Shown here piece after piece: positions 48,582 through 64,000 of a stretch of DNA of 64,000 nucleotides (the first letter of the stretch is position 1; each line of letters starts with the position of its first letter). Position numbers and translations under genes: made by a program. The stretch is from Macrostomum lignano. Taxonomy: Eukaryota. The notes under the pieces were generated by a model that searched no databases, was not told the DNA's origin, and saw nothing but the letters and a program-made list of their open reading frames with translations. Location: positions 2,200-66,199 of the forward strand of contig NIVC01003988.1 in NCBI GenBank assembly GCA_002269645.1. Direction: 5' to 3'.

Positions 48582-49817
48582 TCACACCTGCAGCATCATC
48601 CGCATCGAACGGAGGGCCTTCCAGCTTCTAATGCAATAAGAGGCCATGTGGGAGTAACCGGTCGTCTGCTTGGCTGAGTACACACCGTTCGGGTTGGACG
48701 TCATGCAGTGACCCCACCAGTAGCCGCCGCTTCCATATTTGGTGCTGCAGCTGTAAGAATAAGCGTCGTTGTCCCTGTCGAAGGTGGAGAACTGCTGGCC
48801 TCGATGGTGAGACAAAAAGTCGCAGTTGATGGTGGATCTGCCGCTCCCGAAGCTGCCATAGTTCATCCTGTAGTTCTTGCTGGAGTCTCCAACGTTAAAG
48901 CCGAGCCACTCGAACACGTAGAACTCTCCATTGAAAGTCTGGGCCTCGACTCTCAAGTTGCTGGTGTGGTTCAGTGTGAACTCGTGGATTCTATTCAGTC
49001 CTGAGTACAGATGGAGCATATTGCACATTGCTTTTTATTCTTTTTGCACTTGCATTTAAGTGAAAACTTTAATAGACTCACCGATCCAGAACTCGACGGC
49101 ATTCCCGAAGCCGCTGACATACTCGCCCCAGGTCCTGTTGAAGGCCACCTCTCCGGTCTGTCTCTGCTGGAACACCCAGAAGGTCCTGTCCCCGATCTGC
49201 TGCTGGTATCCGGGATGCGAAACCGGCAGGAGAGTCTCAGAGGCGGACGTGTGAGTGGGGGATGCTGAGGTGCTCTCGGTTTTAGTCGGACCTGCAAACA
49301 ATGCAAATCTGTGTAGGCCAATGAGTGACTGCTAGCTACCTGGCTATTTGCACGAGTTTGTGCCTGCAGACTTCGCAACTCACCGCTGCCCGACAGCCTC
49401 AGCCGCTCGACCGTCTGCCAGAAGTCCTCGGCCAGCCACACCTCATCGCCGGCCTCGGATCCCAGCTCACCAAGTCTCGCCGATTCAGGCGAAGCTTCAA
49501 CCAGCCGCAGAGTCCTGCAGAGGCGGCTGCCGCTATTGAAGGTGGTGAGCGCGCAGTCGCTGGACGCGATGACGCACTTGAGCGCGCAGTCCTGTGAGCT
49601 GGCTGCGGGTTCGGCAGCGATGACGGAGCTGCCGACGCCGGCGTCCAAAGCGACCGGGCCGGGCGACTTAACGAGTCTACGGCAGCTGGGAGTCCCGGCG
49701 GCTGCAACTGATGGCATAATCGTTGGCATGATGGCATAAATAATTTTGACATAATCGGCGAGACTCACCAGCAATGCAGAGGCTCAGAAGCGTGAACAGC
49801 TGAGGGCTCATCCGCAT
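48582..49817 (-). CDS. Secreted PAN/Apple-like + fibrinogen C-terminal domain protein (FReD/FREP-like), 4 exons
   Basis: Exons 49817-49769 (signal peptide MRMSPQLFTLLSLCIA), 49707-49384 (SSQDCALKCV...DCALTTFNSGSRLC), 49291-49082 (WVFQQRQTGEVAFNRTWGEYVSGFG...EFWIG) and 49000-48582 (QFSTFDRDND, GGYWWGHCMTSNPNGVY), all phase-1 GT-AG junctions. Confidence 0.9.
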
Positions 49818-50266
49818 CCTGATGAAGGTTTTCCAAGACGTGGGTGTCTAAACTGCCAGGCTCCCCGTTTCTGCGAGCGCATGCCTCGTTGTTTGGATTT
49901 TTATCTCCAAAAATCTTGAAGCAGCTTGTCAGAAAGAAACCTGCCTCCAGGAAGTGATGCAGGAGAGCTGCTTGAGTGGCAATCAACTCTGCGTGCTCTT
50001 CGGGACACCTGGACACCAAGTATTTTAGTGCGATGAGAATGCTGACAGAATCCCAGAAGACTGTCCTCTGCATTGCACCAGATGTGCTGAATTGTCAATT
50101 CCATCTGTCGTGCAGTGGCAGTTGTGGCGGTGAAATCGGTACCCTCGAATAAATGCAGAAAAATGCTGGCATCACTCATACCCGTATCCAATTTGATTGC
50201 CAGTGAGAATTGCTTTTGTGTCGAGTCGGGAGCACGAGAATTTCCCGCAGGTCGTTTTCCAGTGGG

Positions 50267-50531
50267 CAGGCGCGTCGCCACCGGGGGGACAGAGGGGACA
50301 TGCCCCCCACGGTAAAAGCTATGGGGGACATGCCAATGCTTTTTCCCCCACCCCACCTTGTGACCCGTTGTGGTAATCAATAATAAATGGAGTGCCTGCG
50401 GCGCCAAAATGAGTGCTGACAACACGATTCTTTAAATAATGGATATGTAGGAATTTAGTCATATACATGCATGTATACGTTGAATTCTTGGCTTTGTCCC
50501 CCCCACCATAAAATCCATGGCGACGCCATTG
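50267..50531. mobile_element. hAT-type MITE, 265 bp
   Basis: Imperfect 14-bp TIR (CAGGCGCGTCGCCA / TGGCGACGCCATTG) and 8-bp TSD CCAGTGGG / CCAGTAGG (7 of 8 match). Confidence 0.72.
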
Positions 50532-50936
50532 CCAGTAGGAATTTCAAGTCAAATCCAGTCGGATTTGATCGCTAGTCTAGTCTTGCTCTAATCTAGTCTA
50601 GTGTAGTATAGTCGACTCTATAGACTGGATTAACTATAAACGGGAAAAGCTCCCGCGGGAAAACCACCTGCGGAAAAAATCTCATAGACCCCTTCTCGGC
50701 GACAGGTTTTTTTGACGAGCTGTCATCCAGCTGTCGATATTCTGTCAAACTTGCTTTTTGGCGTTTTTATCGTGACATGTGGAAAATTACTACGGCAACA
50801 AGGTTGATTGATTGACAGGTGTGTGAAGACTGGTTTGAGGTTTGAATGGAATTCCGTATTTATACTCCGTGTCTGCTACTTGTGAGTAGAGTTTTAAAAG
50901 TTAGTCCAATTTTTTAATCAAATATTTGTTTGACGA

Positions 50937-51211
50937 GGGGGTTGCAGCCTAGTGGTTAGAGCGTCGGACTCACGAATGAAAGGTCGGGGTTTCGATTCTC
51001 GACCCACTTGGAGCAGTTTGTGTCCTTGAGCAAGATACTTAACTCTGCATTGCTTCAGTTCACCCAGCTGTAAATTGGGGTGCCAGCATTAGCTGGGGTA
51101 ATTGAGGAGGTGTGGCGAACCAACAGTCCTTGGACTGAACAGCCGTACGCAGCCTTCAGGCTGAGATGTCTGGCCCAATTGGGGCAGGTGTACTCAATTA
51201 TTATTATTATT
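50937..51211 (+). mobile_element. tRNA-derived SINE with a CORE (MIR-like) central domain and (ATT)n tail
   Basis: A-box-like CAGCCTAGTGGTTAGAGC and B-box-like GGTTTCGATTC. The segment TGTGTCCTTGAGCAAGATACTTAACTCTGCATTGCTTCAGTTCACCCAGCTGTAAATTGGG closely resembles the MIR core as I recall it. Tail at 51197-51211. Confidence 0.78.
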
Positions 51212-51556
51212 GATCTCTACACGTTCTCGACTAGTTCAAGCCTGATGAGACACAAAATACCATTTGCATTAATAAGAATCTTTCTTCCCATTCCGCCGAC
51301 TAATCAATAAAAAATCAATAGAAAATCAAAAGCTAAAATTTATGGCTCACAGAGCAGAAATGCCTGGCCAAAGAAGCACACTCTCAAGCTCCGTCACCCT
51401 AGTGAGGGCTGTATTTGACTCGCTCGCATCATAGGCAGTCAAAATGCTAAAAGCATCAACAGGTGATAAATATGAATGCGAATTCAGCTAACAAGAACAA
51501 CAGGTAGGACCAATTATAATTATAATGGCTTCAGTTGCTGCAATCTGGCACCGAAT

Positions 51557-53421
51557 TCACGCTGTGCCAGTCAGTTTGCTGATCACTTCGGATTTTTTTG
51601 AGGACTGCTGCTGCTGCTGCTGGTGCTGGAGCAGCTCCTGGTGCTGAATGAAGATGTCCTTGAAGGCGTAGTCAGCATCGGGCACGGGCACCCTGTTGAG
51701 GTACTGGTCCAACAGGTCGTACCTCTTGTAGGCCTTTGAGAATTCGATTGCTTTGGCAACGTCTTTGTCGCTCAGGTAGCTGTACAGGTGCTCCAGGTCT
51801 ATGCCCTGGTAGCCGTGCAGGTGCCACTTGCACATCCAGGGTGGAGGGTTCAGCCGCACCTGGAGGGCAGAATTCCGGATGCTTGCATGTAACTTAGGTA
51901 GTATTAGACCTACACGTATGTTGACAAGACTTGTTTGTGTCACCCAGGATTCGAGCTAAGGACTTAGATCGACCGCCCGGCAGATTAGAACTCTCAAACT
52001 CAGGACTGATGGTGAGCACTGGGATTCGAACTCGGGACTGATGGTGAGCACTAGGATTCGAACTCGGGACTGATGGTGAGCACTAGGATTCGAATTCGGG
52101 ACTGATGATAATCTCTGGAATTCAAATTCAGGACTGATGCACTGGGATTCGAACTCGGTACTGATGGTGATTCGAATCCCACTCACCCGCTCCCTATTGA
52201 CGGGCACCGGGTCGTTGCGCGAATACGGTTCCGGCACCATGTCGAAGGGGATCGTGCAGTGACTATGCGGCGCGTCCATCAGGTACAGCAGGTTGTCGTC
52301 AAGGCGACGCTCGAGCTTCAGCAGCTGGATGGACACGATGCTGGGGCTGTAGAGCTCGTATTCGATCTGCACGCACACCTGGTCGACCATATTGCGCAGG
52401 GTGAATGTGGTGAAGAGGCCGGTGTGCCTGCGCAGGATGCACAGGCCAACAAAACGGTTCACCTGGCGGAGGGTTGGAACGAGCAATGAGATTCGCTACT
52501 CAGTGTAGTGAGTAGTATATTGCATGTTAGATGTCAGATCTTAGCATGTGCAATGGGAGCCCAGCAGATAGAGAATGACCGTTGAAAAGGCCATTCCTTG
52601 TGATTTAAAGGGCGATTCTTTGAGATTTAGGGGCAATTCTTTGAGATTGAAGGGGCGATTCTTTGAGATTGAAAGGGCGATTCTTTGAGATTGAAGGGGC
52701 GATTCTTTGAGATTGAAAGGGCGATTCTTTGAGATTGAAGGGGCGATTCTTTGAGATTGAAAGGGCGATTCTTTGAGATTGAAGGGGCGATTCTTTGAGA
52801 TTGAAAGGGCGATTCCTTGGGATTGAAGGGGCGATTCCTTGGGATTGAAGGGGCGATTCTTTGGAATTGAAGGGGCGATTAAGGAGTTAAGTCAGCAGAT
52901 TGATCGAAGCGAAAGGAAGGCCCGCCAACCTTGTTAGGCGCGTGCTTGTCCATCACGCTGACGGCAAGAATGGAGCCGACGTGGAACTCCGGAATGTTGA
53001 TGACCCGCCGTCGCCGCATCATCTCGGCCCGGTGCAGCGACTCCACAATGGGGTCGCGGTAGTCCTGGCTCACTATGGGTGGCAGCGCCTCCTGGTACAG
53101 CCGCTTGATCTCCGGCGGCACCTCGGCCTGCTGGTCGGCTGCCTTGGCCCGGCTGTGGTCCGGCCCGATGCCCGACAGGCGCCAGAACTCCTTCATGGCC
53201 TCCGGCGACAGGCGCGGCTTGTACACCCCGCGCAATTCCGGCCGGAGCCAGCGGCGGCCCTGGCGGCACGGCTGGAGATGCGGCTGCTGATGCAGCGGCG
53301 ATGGAGGCTGGACAGGCGAAGCGGCGAACCGGTGGGCGGCGGTCACTCGGCAGCCGAAGAGGAACCTGGAGCCCAGGGACAGGGCGCAGCTGCCAGCTGC
53401 TGCTGATGGCGCTGGTGGCAT
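51557..53421 (-). CDS. MRPL19: Mitochondrial ribosomal protein L19 (bL19m), 3 exons; start codon uncertain
   Basis: Exons ~53421-52930, 52462-52187, 51859-51557. Motifs RRRVINIPEFHVGSILAV, RFVGLCI, FTLRN, ELYSP, KLERRLDDNLLYLMDA, PVPVN, PPPWMCKW. Confidence 0.92.
52010..52180. repeat. 32-bp degenerate minisatellite containing GGATTCGAACTC in MRPL19 intron 2
   Basis: About 5 units. Confidence 0.85.
52608..52878. repeat. 22-bp minisatellite (TTCTTTGAGATTGAARGGGCGA)n in MRPL19 intron 1
   Basis: About 12 units. Confidence 0.94.
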
Positions 53422-53459
53422 CTCTAGCTGGATGCTGGCAGCATGAACAGGAGTTTGGC

Positions 53460-53942
53460 CCTGTGATCTGTGCTGTGACTGGCACTGTGATCTGTGCATG
53501 CTGTGACTGGCACTGTGATCTGTGCATGCTGTGACTGGCACTGTGATCTGTGCATGCTGTGACTGGCACTGTGATCTGTGCTGTGACTGGCACTGTGATC
53601 TGTGCTGTGACTGGCACTGTGATCTGTGCTGTGACTGGCACTGATCTGTGCTGTGACTGGAACTGTGATCTGTGCTGTGACTGGCACTGTGATCTGTGCT
53701 GTGACTGGCACTGATCTGTGCTGTGACTGGAACTGTGATCTGTGCTGTGACTGGCACTGTGATCTGTGCTGTGACTGGCACTGATCTGTGCTGTGACTGG
53801 CACTGTGATCTGTGCTGTGACTGGCACTGATCTGTGCTGTGACTGGCACTGATCTGTGCTGTGACTGGCACTGTGATCTGTGCATGCTGTGACTGGCACT
53901 GTGATCTGTGCATGCTGTGACTGGCACTGTGATCTGTGCATG
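53460..53942. repeat. 22-26-bp minisatellite (CTGTGATCTGTGCTGTGACTGGCA)n directly upstream of MRPL19
   Basis: About 20 units. Confidence 0.94.
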
Positions 53943-54976
53943 CCTAGGTTATTATACTCTAAATTTGAAGAACATTGATCATGAAAGTATTTAGTAAGTC
54001 ACAGAATAATATTTAGGTTAAAGAACATATTTTAAACACATTTATTTACAATTCAAACTTAAATATTAATTTGTTATCTGCACACACACACAGAATAACA
54101 AATCAAAGAAGGCTCTTAAGCAAGATAAAATAAGCAGAGTTAACTCAAACACAATCTAATAGCAATCAGCTGCAAATGTACTTTAAATGATACTTTTAGT
54201 AAGTAAATTTCAGATCTGAATAAAGTACAGTGGCAATCAATAGCAAATTGGGTACCTGGAAACTATTTATATTTATAAGTCGAGCACCAGAGGCAAAAAT
54301 AAAATTCAATTCACAAGTCGCGCACAATGCGCAGCTCCAGCATAACTCTCTGTTTGCGAGTTAATATAAGCCCGGAAGAAAGCATCACAGAACTCATAGG
54401 TTGGTTGATGCTAATGACTTATTATTACAATACTTCGAAGTTAACAAGGCAAATTACTGAGTTGCCAAAAGTGTCCTCATAGTGTCCTATATGATCCTCA
54501 AACCAATAAAAATTTTAAATAAACTTAAAAACAGGAGGTTAAGTACATAGTCAACAGCAGTAACACTTTTATTCTAAGTAATTCAAACGGGCCTCACTAT
54601 TGATATGTTGCAAATTAACTTTGAAAAACTACTGCAAAGCCTTTATTTGAAGATCAAAGCTCAGGGTCTTAAATTTATGTCAGATCAACTTGTCACTTTG
54701 TTTACGGTATATAAGAGTCAACCTAATTTTCTAAACTACCGATATGTAGCGCAATCAACTTTAAACTAAGCAATTTGTTAAGTGCTGTGATGAACCCCAA
54801 ATTTGCAGGTGGGAAAATTTGTTATTATATGCTTTTAAGTAGATTGAATTTAGAAACAATTTTAGTATATAGAATTCTGAAACTACCGATATGTAGCGTA
54901 ACCAACTTATCAGCCAAGAAGAAATATGAATTTTCTGAGAAACATGAAATTTTTACTCAGGTGACGGTCCGGCCCG

Positions 54977-60089
<5,113 letters not shown>

Positions 60090-60194
60090 GCTCTATAACA
60101 GTGCGGCCGCGGGCCCGCTGCGACAGGCAGGAGGGGTCCGCGTGTGCACTTTTACACTGCTGAGCATTCTCTAGCTTTCAGGTTGTCTCTGAGC

Positions 60195-60780
60195 ACACTT
60201 CTCAGCTTAATCTCCTCTCCTCTCAGCCTAATCTCCTCTTCTCTCAGCCAAAGTTTCTCTCCTATCAGCCTAATCTCCTCTCCTCTCAGCCTAATCTCCT
60301 CTTCTCTCAGCCCAATCTCCTTTTCTCTCAGCCTAATCTCCTCTTCTCTCAGCCAAAGTTTCTCTCCTATCAGCCTAATCTCCTCTCCTCTCAGCCTAAT
60401 CTCCTCTTCTCTCAGCCCAATCTCCTCTCCTCTCAGCCCAAGCTTCTCTCCTCTCAGCCTAACCCTCACTCCTCTCAGCCTAATCTCCTCTCCTCTCAGC
60501 CTAATCTCCTCTCCTCTCAGCCTAAGCTTCTCTCCTCTCAGCCTAATCTCATTTCCTCTCAGCCTAATCTCTCCTCTCAGCCTAATCTCCTCTCCTCTCA
60601 GCCTAAGCTTCTCTCCTCTCAGCCTATATCCTCTCAGCCTAACCTTCACTTCTCTCAGCCTAATCTCCTTTCCTCTCAGCCTAATCTCTCCTCTCAGTTT
60701 AATCTCCTCCTATTAGCCTAATCTCCTCCTATTAGCCTAATCTCCTCCTATTAGCCTAATCTCCTCCTATCCTCTCCTAA
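60195..60780. repeat. ~21-bp pyrimidine-rich minisatellite (TAATCTCCTCTCCTCTCAGCC)n in a putative CAPN7 5'-UTR intron (60786-60121)
   Basis: About 27 units; minus-strand donor AG|GTACGT at 60786 and acceptor CCTGTCGCAG near 60120. Confidence 0.9.
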
Positions 60781-61097
60781 ACGTACCTTATCTCTGAGGC
60801 CTCTCTACTTCACCGCCTCTCAGCAGTCTGCTTATCAGAATTCTTTTAACAATTATACTGAATCCTTTTTTAACTCTACTACTTCTTGTAAGTAGCAAAG
60901 AAGCGAAAACAAACGCCAAACTCGCTTAGAGTATTTTGGCTCACAAGTACAGAATTTATTGCCATAATTGTACACGTATTTCATATCACAAACAAGCAGA
61001 GACGCTCAACAATGCCAATGGAATACTGCATACAATATAATATTGAGACAGGGTCGCAATTTTAGTTTTAACAATCATGGGTTTATTGACTAATCAA

Positions 61098-61658
61098 TCA
61101 ACGAGAGTCCAGCGACCGGTCCCTGGTGAGCACTGAGGGCTCAAACTTCACCTCATAATAGGTGACATCGTTGGAGAAGAACGTGGCCACCTGGCACTGG
61201 AAGCCGGCGGAGCACAGGGCCCCCTCCAGCACGCCGCCGATGAAAGCGGCGCAGTTCACGTTGGTGTCGGCCTTCTGGCTGAAGGACACGAACCTGTTGG
61301 TGACGGGCTCCCGCTCAACAAAGTAGAAGGTTCGCTCGTCGTCGGTGCTCTGCTCAAGGTCGTCGCAGTCCTTGCCGAACAGCATCCGCCACAGACTGGA
61401 TTTCACCAGGAACAGTGCGTTCTTCAGCCGGAGCTCGCGGCGGCCATTGCGCTCGCGGAAGAACAGCAGATCCAGCGACCGACTGCCGATGTGGCGTCCG
61501 AAGTCCGCCAGCTTGGACTGCAGCTCCTGCACCGTGCGAGAGCGGCCGTTCGAGTACTTGATCATCTCGGACAGCAGCAGGCTGAAGGTGGCCAGCGGCA
61601 GGTCCGTCTTGGGGCGGAGCAGCGACCGGTCTAGCGGAGATCGGGACAGCTGCGACAT
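61098..61658 (-). CDS. TRAPPC5: Trafficking protein particle complex subunit 5 (Trs31), single coding exon
   Basis: 186 aa with family motifs (TFSLLLSEM, LADFGRHIG, LWRMLFGK, EREPVTNRFVS, NCAAFIGGVLEGAL, YEVKFEPSVL); AATAAA at 61087-61082. Confidence 0.95.
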   Translation of the reverse strand: MSQLSRSPLDRSLLRPKTDLPLATFSLLLSEMIKYSNGRSRTVQELQSKLADFGRHIGSRSLDLLFFRERNGRRELRLKNALFLVKSSLWRMLFGKDCDDLEQSTDDERTFYFVEREPVTNRFVSFSQKADTNVNCAAFIGGVLEGALCSAGFQCQVATFFSNDVTYYEVKFEPSVLTRDRSLDSR

Positions 61659-61671
61659 GCTTAGCGAGGCA

Positions 61672-63032
61672 TCGGTAGATTGCGGAGTGAATCGGTAGAT
61701 TGTTGATTGAATCGGTAGATTGTGGAGTGAATCGGTAGATTGAGGAGTGAATCGGTAGATTGTGGAGTGAATCGGTAGATTGTGGAGTGAATCGGTAGAT
61801 TGTGGAGTGAATCGGTAGATTGTGGAGTGAATCGGTAGATTGTGGAGTGAATCGGTAGATTGGGGTGAATCGGTAGATTGTGGAGTGAATCGGTAGATTG
61901 TGGAGTGAATCGGTAGATTGGGGAGTGAATCGGTAGATTGCGGAGTGAATCGGTAGATTGGGAGTGAATCGGTAGATTGGGGAGTGAATCGGTAGATTGG
62001 GAGTGAATCGGTAGATTGTGGAGTGAATCGGTAGATTGGGGAGTGAATCGGTAGATTGGGAGTGAATCGGTAGATTGGGGAGTGAATCGGTAGATTGCGG
62101 AGTGAATCGGTAGATTAATTGCGGAGTGAATCGGTAGATTGCGGAGTGAATCGGTAGATTGCGGAGTGAATCGGTAGATTGGGGAGTGAATCGTAGATTG
62201 GGGAGTGAATCGGTAGATTGTGGAGTGAATCGGTAGATTGTGAAGTGAATCGGTAGATTGTGGAGTGAATCGGTAGATTGTGGAGTGAATCAGTAGATTG
62301 CGGAGTGAATCGGTAGATTGTGGAGTGAATCGGTAGATTGGGGAGTGAATCGGTAGATTGGGGAGTGAATCGGTAGATTGTGGAGTGAATCGGTAGATTG
62401 TGGAGTGAATCGGTAGATTGCGGAGTGAATCGGTAGATTGTGGAGTGAATCGGTAGATTGCGGAGTGAATAGGTAGATTGTGGAGTGAATCGGTAAATTA
62501 ATTGCGGAGTGAATCGGTAGATTAATTGCGGAGTGAATCGGTTCGGTAGATTGTGGAGTGAATCGGTAGATTGTGGAGTGAATCGGTAGATAGTGGAGTG
62601 AATCGGTAGATTGCGGAGTGAATAGGTAGATTTTTAGTGAATCGGTAGATTGTGGAGTGAATCGGTAGATTGTGGAGTGAATCGGTAGATTGTGGAGTGA
62701 ATCGGTAGATTGTGGAGTGAATCGGTAGATTGTGGAGTGAATCGGTAGATTGGGAGTGAATCGGTAGATTGTGGAGTGAATCGGTAGATTGGGAGTGAAT
62801 CGGTAGATTGGGGAGTGAATCGGTAGATTGTTGAGTGAATCGGTAGATTGGGGAGTGAATCGGTAGATTGCGGAGTGAATCGGTAGATTGTGGAGTGAAT
62901 CGGTAGATTGTGGAGTGAATCGGTAGATTGTGGAGTGAATCGGTAGATTGGGGAGTGAATCGGTAGATTGCGGAGTGAATCGGTAGATTGCGGAGTGAAT
63001 CGGTAGATTGTTGAGTGAATCGGTAGATTGTG
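61672..63032. repeat. 20-bp minisatellite (GTAGATTGYGGAGTGAATCG)n directly upstream of the TRAPPC5 ATG
   Basis: About 65 units. Confidence 0.96.
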
Positions 63033-63594
63033 GAAAACATCGGATAATTAAATCCTAAACACATAAACAAAAAGGATTTTTAATTTCAGTACGAGTAAAG
63101 AAATGAAAATCAAGGACAGCGAGATACTTCAATAGCCGTGTGGACACCAGTTTAATTAGCTGTGCTCAGAGACAACAGACAGAGCAACACCAGCAACGAA
63201 GCGCAGCAGAATTTGTAGTTGTTAAACAGAACAAGTAGTATGAGGAGAACAAGTAGTATAACAAAATAATGGAAATTGCAATATTCAAGAGTGAAATTTC
63301 GATAAAAAATTAACGAACACGCGACATGAACGCAAATGTGGAAAACTTTAACTACTTTAGCGTTAGATATGATCTGTACATGCTAACAAATTTTCTCAAT
63401 ACTCAACATCAAAATCGTACACATTTTGATTGCGAGCGAAATTATATATAATAGTTGGAGAAACGACAAGCGACAACACAGTTAAATTAAATAATATAAA
63501 CAATGCCTAGAGCAACTTTGAAATGCTACTTTAAGTAAGCTGGAAGCTTTTTACTAGCTTTCACTGGTATGCAAATCTCATGGTGATATGAATA

Positions 63595-64000
63595 CCTGTG
63601 TGATTTGAGGACCACCTTTAGTGTGATTTGAGGACCACTTTGTGTGATTTGAGGACCACTCTGTGTGATTTGAGGACCTGTGTGAATTAAGGACCTCTGT
63701 GATTTGAAGAACTCTGTGATTTGAGGACCTCTGTGATTTGAGGACCTCTGTGATTAAAGGACCTCTGTGATTTGAGGACCTCTGTGATTAAAGGACCTCT
63801 GTGATTTGAGGACCTCTGTGATTTAAGGACCTCTGTGATTTGAGGACCTCTGTGATTTGAGGACCTCTGTGATTAAAGGACCTCTGTGATTTGAGGACCT
63901 CTGTGATTTGAGGACCTCTGTGATTAAAGGAGCCTCTGTGATTTGAGGACCTCTGTGATTTGAGGACCTCTGTGATTTAAGGACCTCTGTGATTTGAGGA
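63595..64000. repeat. 17-bp minisatellite (CTCTGTGATTTGAGGAC)n running off the window
   Basis: More than 20 units. Confidence 0.95.

Noticed and set aside
49765-50073. 102-aa ORF upstream of the FReD gene as a separate gene or LINE C-terminus
   Set aside because: It overlaps the FReD signal-peptide exon in another frame, and the similarity to retroelement C-termini is too weak to call.
50937-51010. Functional tRNA gene
   Set aside because: No proper acceptor stem or T-run terminator; it continues into the SINE core and tail.

Overview
Eukaryotic (animal) genomic DNA with spliceosomal introns, GC-rich coding exons and a different minisatellite in almost every intron or spacer. The style resembles the flatworm Macrostomum lignano (inference, not proven). 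Recognisable genes: SLC22 transporter (-, runs off the left edge), TMEM184C (+), a 4-TM MS4A-like protein (+), a secreted PAN/Apple + fibrinogen-domain protein (-), and a compact same-strand trio TRAPPC5-CAPN7-MRPL19 (-). Four GC-rich low-complexity orphan ORFs lie at 31.9-44.8 kb. Mobile DNA: a 3.27-kb TG..CA element with a 4-bp target-site duplication (giant solo LTR) carrying AP-1/CRE/CCAAT/TATA promoter modules, an RTE-like RT fragment, a CORE-like tRNA SINE and an hAT-type MITE. The most unusual feature is a ~650-bp tandem array (17.27-29.02 kb, 18 full units plus a partial one, ending at an N gap). Each unit is a complete exon+intron cassette with canonical splice sites, symmetric phase 1, a variable (CAG)n tract, a KRKRR motif and a hairpin-rich, motif-rich intron. 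Single-base indels in otherwise conserved genes suggest long-read consensus errors.
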